NCBI GenBank assembly: GCA_001643675.2 | Contig: LSRY02000096.1 | Span: forward strand, 1 to 25,606 | DNA: 25,606 nucleotides | From: Monocercomonoides exilis PA203 | Lineage: Eukaryota; Protista; Preaxostyla | Reading direction: 5' to 3' | Made by a program: the position numbers and the translations under genes | Notes under the pieces: generated by a model | Told to the model about the DNA's origin: nothing | The model's database searches: none | What the model saw: only the letters and a program-made list of their open reading frames with translations | Shown: one piece after another, positions 20,639-25,606 of the stretch | Layout of the letters: every line of letters starts with the position of its first letter | How positions within the stretch are numbered: the stretch's first letter is position 1

Positions 20639-23600
20639 TCAATCTTCAAAATTCGGAGGTTGCTCATCCAAAGGCAGTTTGAATGGACGGCTTTCTAAAA
20701 TGCCACTGCTGCTTGAGTGATTCACTTTCAGCTCAGGCGAAGAGAAAGAGAAAGAGAAAGGGGAAGGGGAAGCGGAAGATGAAGAAGAAGAGGAGGAGGA
20801 GTAAAGAATATAATCCCCGAGTTAATTGGAGTGCTCATTTGTGAGTCAAACAAATCCATACCTCTTTTATTCTTCCTCTCTTTCTTCCTCTTCCTCTTCC
20901 TTTTAACCACAACAAACACAATCACACCCAAAACGCCCAGCAAAACCACACTCAGCCCAATTGACAGCGAAATAAAGAGAACAACTTGCTCTTTTGAGAT
21001 GTCATTTTTGCTCTTTGTCTTTTCAGCAGCGAGAACGACATATTGTGTGTGGGCTGTGTCATTAACAGAATAATCACTGGTGGGATAGACAAGACACGCT
21101 AATAGAGATTGGATGGGGACAGAAGAGAGAGAGGCATGGGTGTGGAATGAAGAGAAGAAAGAAGAGAAGAGAGAAGAAAAGAAAGAGAAAAATGAAGTAA
21201 AGTGGCGAATGAAGGAAATACATGGAAAATGTGGTGATAATGATAATGATGATTGTAATGATGATGAAACATACAAAGAACTTTTTGGTTCACAAGAAAG
21301 TTGAGTTGAAGTGAGTGAATGTGAAGAAGGCAAAGAATTACATACAGAAATATTAGAAGGAGAAGGAGAAGAAGAAGAAGAAGAAAAGGAAGAAGAAGAA
21401 AACACAAGCTGTGAAATGGGAACAGATGCATAAGCTATATTTGATGACTCAAACGACGAGAATTCGAAGCTGAGTGGATTGTCATTCGGATCAGATGTGG
21501 CAAGCATGAACGACAAGCCACAGGGAAACAAGTTTGTTCCTTTGAAAGTCATATGCAGCAGTTGCTCGTTTGCTGTGTAGGTCACTCTTGTCAGCTCTGG
21601 CACAAACAACGACGATGTCAGCGGAGTCAGAGAAGGAGAGAGGATGAGTGAGCATTCTTCCATTTGGAACCAGAGCGGAGAGCGGTTGTTGCTGGCGCTG
21701 TTGTCTGGGGCAAGCGACATCACTTCGACAGAGCCATTTCCTTTGCAGTGGATGTTGTGGTGGATCTCCTTCCACTTGCCAGCAGTCACGCCATTGTCGA
21801 TGAAGGAGGAAGAGGCGATGGCGAGTGAAGAAGATACCATTGAAACAGCTCCGTCTGGTGCGTTGATGAAGGATGTGTTGCTTAATCGAGCAGGAAGTGT
21901 AGATAAATGCATCATCGCCCCTCTCCAGCCACATACATCATCATCATCTTCTTCTTCTTCTTCTTTATTCTCTATATCCATTGCAACATCATTCACAATA
22001 GACTCATTCATTTCATTCAAAGATCTTTCATTTGGAATGGGTTTCTTGTATCCCTTGAAAATGGTGTCTGAGATCAGAGCGCCAGAGAACAAGACAGAAA
22101 TCACAGAGCCACACACAGAAGAGCAGTTGCTTCCACAGCCATCGAAATAGCAGTTCTGTATTTTGACTGGCATAAATGGATCGATGCTGAGCAAGACAGC
22201 AGATCCTCCTTGAGAACACACGATATTCGTAAATGTCGAGTTCACCAGCTCAAATTTTCCGGAAAATTTTTGTTGCAATTTTCCACTGCTTTTTGTGATT
22301 AGTGAGCTGTTGATGAGGGAAATGGAGTCAAAATCAGAATGAATAATTGAGCATTGGCTGTTGTACTCGAACGTAAAAGCGGGGACATAAAATTTGAGGT
22401 TGGAGCATGTAACGTACAGCATATTGAGTGTTCCTGTGACGATCAGAAACAACTTGCACGAAAGAGCAGCTGTCACTTTTGAACTGGCATTGATAGAAAC
22501 AGGGTGAATAGATGAATTGTGGCTCGGCGATTTCTTTGAAGGAACATATGCAAAAGACAAATAATCTTCAGAAAACGAGGAAAATGAGCAATTGTTAACG
22601 GTCAAATCATTTCTCTCTGCCAGAAATATTGAGCAATGTTCCGTTTCACAGTTTTTAAACCTGAAATCACAGGTGGAAAAATGAACTTCTCCGAAGATGT
22701 TCAAAAGAGCCCCAGTGCTGTTTGTGTCAAATTCTCCAATGAGAATCTGCGCTCTTTCAAAACTCTTGCAGGACTGCACCTCAACAGACGACAAAACCAT
22801 CTCCCTGCGAATCTCAATGCTGTTTGACAGACACAAAGCACAGAAATCTTCGCTCAATCGGCCAGCTCCGGCGAGAAACGTCTTGCACGGCTGCCCCACC
22901 GTTCCGCATGCTTTGGAGTCCTCAGCATTTGGATCTGCCCCATCCACATAGACTGTTCGGTATCTGGAAACATTCAAGTAGTTCGCATGCAAATCTTGCG
23001 TCTCCATTTCAAAATCTTTTGCTTCATTTAATTTCATATTTGAACAGACGTTAGTGGAATTGGCTTTTCCATACAGCACAAATTCCATCATTTTATCAAA
23101 ATCTTCCGTTTTTGCTCCTCTAAAATCAGTGCTCAGCACAGCTGTCAATCGTCTTACGCGGATTCGCATCGGATGTGCAACCTCTTTCAGATCGTCAGCG
23201 ACAATAAAGACACAACGCCCTTCGCTCAGCCTCACAAGCGAAAATTGATTGTCCGTGATTGAGAATGCGCACCCACCTCCTCTGCAGTCCAAGAAGATTG
23301 CGCCTCCGTAGCCGTCTTTCTCGATCCCTCCTCCGTTGAAAGAGGTCGAATTCACCATCAGCTGGCTGTTGGACAGAGCAGATAAGCGATGGTGCATAAT
23401 ACCGCCCTGATAAGAACAGACAGATTTGCATTCAGTGAAGTTGCAGTTGTTGATGCGTATGCAGATGTTTCCAACTGGTTGCTCTTCACTCAAAAAGTGC
23501 ATTTTCTCTTTCGGCTTCAGATAGATGATTGAGGGGCCTTCAGGAATAGGGCCAATGGTCTGGAACACCACATTGCTTATCAAAAGCTTGAAGCTCAAAG

Positions 23601-25606
23601 AACAGTCGATGACAAACACTGGGGAGTTTGTTTGAGATGAGTCGAAATGGCACTTGCTGAGGGAAATATCGCCATTCATCTGAGTGTTTGAACGCAATGG
23701 TGAAGGAAAAGACGAAGGTGAAGAAGAAGAAGAAGGTGAAGGCAAGTCTTCGACGGAAAAGAAAGAGGAGCTTTGGAAGTTGTTGTTGTGCACGTATAAA
23801 GTGTCAATATCGACACAGCAGTTTCGAAACACAGACATCTGCGTGTTTGTGATGGTAGAGTCAAACAAGTTGATGTCGCTGAGCTCAATGTTACTGTTCT
23901 CGGCAGCAAACACAGGAATGTGGAGAGCAAACAGGGATTCAGTAGTGATGATGGAATAGACAATGTTGCAACGACACTCAATAAACGCAAAAACAGACTC
24001 GACTTTTGACTGCAGCTGCTCGCCGATCACAAAACTGATAGATGAAATGGTGAGCACGCTGTGCCCTTCAACCATGCCTCTGGAAAGAGGAGGATCTGTC
24101 TGCACGTGCCATTTTGCATTGGCATCTGAATTTGAAGTTGCATCGTTTCTGTTGGACTCTTCAAATGAATAGCTTTTCGAAGGCACCAAATACATCTTGG
24201 AAAGATGGGATGCGCCTGCATCTTTCGAACGAATTGTGACCTCCATTCTTTTTAGAGGCTCAAACTCGTACGAAGCGTCAAGCACGATGATTTCTCGGTG
24301 CTCGTCCATCTTCTCGTTCCTCTGCGCCACAAAGCCGGCTGACTTGCAGGGAGTATCTTCGTCCCCGCAAGTGACCCAGTCAATGGCATTGTCCTGTCTT
24401 CCAGACACAAAATAAGGCGAGCGATGTTTCATGTCGAGGAAGGATATCAAGTCAATCGGAGCCAAATAAGCTGTCGGATCGTAAACCATCACAGACCCCT
24501 TCCATTCATTCATCGAAGGAGAATACGTGAACAAAAATGACTCAAGTCAAAGCCCTGAAGATTTCGGGTGCTTATAAACATGTTTTTGGCAACAGCCGCC
24601 TCGTTCTGCTCAAAAACAGATTGAATACGAAGAAGCTGTCGATTGAGTTTCCCCAGTGCCCGTCCAAATAGATCGCTCCACCTTTGCCTTGCTTGGCGCG
24701 AGTGCCACATGAAACGAAATTGGTAGTGTTCAGCACCATCTGAATCCTCGAGGCAAGAGGCATCATCAGCACCCTCCGAACATGGAGTTGTTGCTTTCGC
24801 AGTCGAGAAAAGAACACTCTTTGAAGTTGACGAAGCACATTGACTCAGAATACTCGTTTGGGTCTGGGAAAGAACAGGCAAAGTTCATAAAGACAGGGTA
24901 AAAGGAATCTGTGCTGAGATTGGTGAAGTTGGAGCATAAATGTAACAGTCATTGAAACTTTTTCCTGAAATTCGAATTATTTAAACAGAAAAAATTATGA
25001 TAAAACACACGCACACAAGATTTATAAGATTAATTAAAAAAATCAGTTCATTTGTAAAAATAATATTTAAAAAAATTCATACACTTAAAATGAGCTGAAG
25101 AAAATATCCTGAATCAAAGAAAAGCCATTCACAGTGGAATTTTCAAATGACAAGAACGAGTTTACCAATTTTATCAACGCGCATGAATAGCAATCATCAT
25201 GGATGCTCTTTGCAGCTATCGCAGAGTCCACGAATTGCAGATCAGATGCCCCTTCAAACTCCAAAAAGGGCAAACGCAGTTCTTATCAGGAACAACTGAG
25301 ACTTGGCTAAAGCACATCTTAGTGCCATCTCCATGAATGTATGTCTTCACTTTTTGATTTTTGAACTCTTGCTGCCACACAAAAGATTGCTTCTTGCTTT
25401 CCCCGACTATCTTAACGTCCTTTTGATATATCGCAATATCATCGTAATTTTCTAAATAAACTCCATTTTCCAATGAAATTTCAATGGCCAGTTGTAATGT
25501 TGACAATGCCTTTGAAATCGACAAACATGCTCGTGTGTCTCAAAGCCGCAAAATGCATCATCATCTGTTCCTCTTAACAGATCAAAATGGCCGCACAGAA
25601 GTTCTT
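20639..25606 (-). CDS. Large type-I membrane beta-helix (Pmp/adhesin-like) protein, 5'-incomplete, with several 1-nt frameshifts and an intron at ~25084-24965
   Basis: 1268-aa core ORF with GGAIF/GGI motifs and repeated CG..xxPCK modules, a TM helix (VVLFISLSIGLSVVLLGVLGVIVFVVV) and a KRKRKRKK stop-transfer. Upstream frames continue it (GKGGAIYLDG; DAFCG..RACLSISKAL). Adding one G at ~20815 extends the tail to ...PFKLPLDEQPPNFED* (TGA 20641-20639). Confidence 0.8.

Noticed and set aside
20831-24415. Numerous + strand and alternative-frame ORFs
   Set aside because: Antisense or shadow frames of the large adhesin gene.
19378-25606. TAA/TAG-to-Gln genetic code as in some oxymonads
   Set aside because: ORFs of 1268 and 632 codons contain no in-frame TAA/TAG, Gln uses CAR, and RPL10 and the SPRY exon end at TAA.

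Overview
AT-rich eukaryotic (protist) genomic DNA in the standard genetic code, with short GT-AG spliceosomal introns. Gene families and style suggest an oxymonad/metamonad such as Monocercomonoides (inference only). The first half (1-~12796) is one giant, near-perfect inverted repeat. Each arm carries two tandem paralogues (A and B) of a Cys-rich GGA(L/I)/FxxN Pmp-like beta-helix surface protein, so four copies point away from a central AT-rich axis. The arms are almost identical in their cores and diverge at their inner and outer edges, and the right arm has 420 bp that the left lacks. The second half is single-copy: a multi-exon gene with Lys/Glu and Ser/Asp tracts probably joined to a SPRY/B30.2 domain, an orphan ~850-aa gene, a 3-exon 60S ribosomal protein uL16 (RPL10) gene, and a large type-I membrane beta-helix adhesin-like gene running off the right edge. 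Many ORF breaks are single missing bases in homopolymers, most likely long-read consensus errors. The best candidate for a new system is a palindrome-housed, gene-converting surface-antigen locus whose copies end at the same point and share a conserved 39-nt downstream element. An assembly fold-back artefact must be excluded first.
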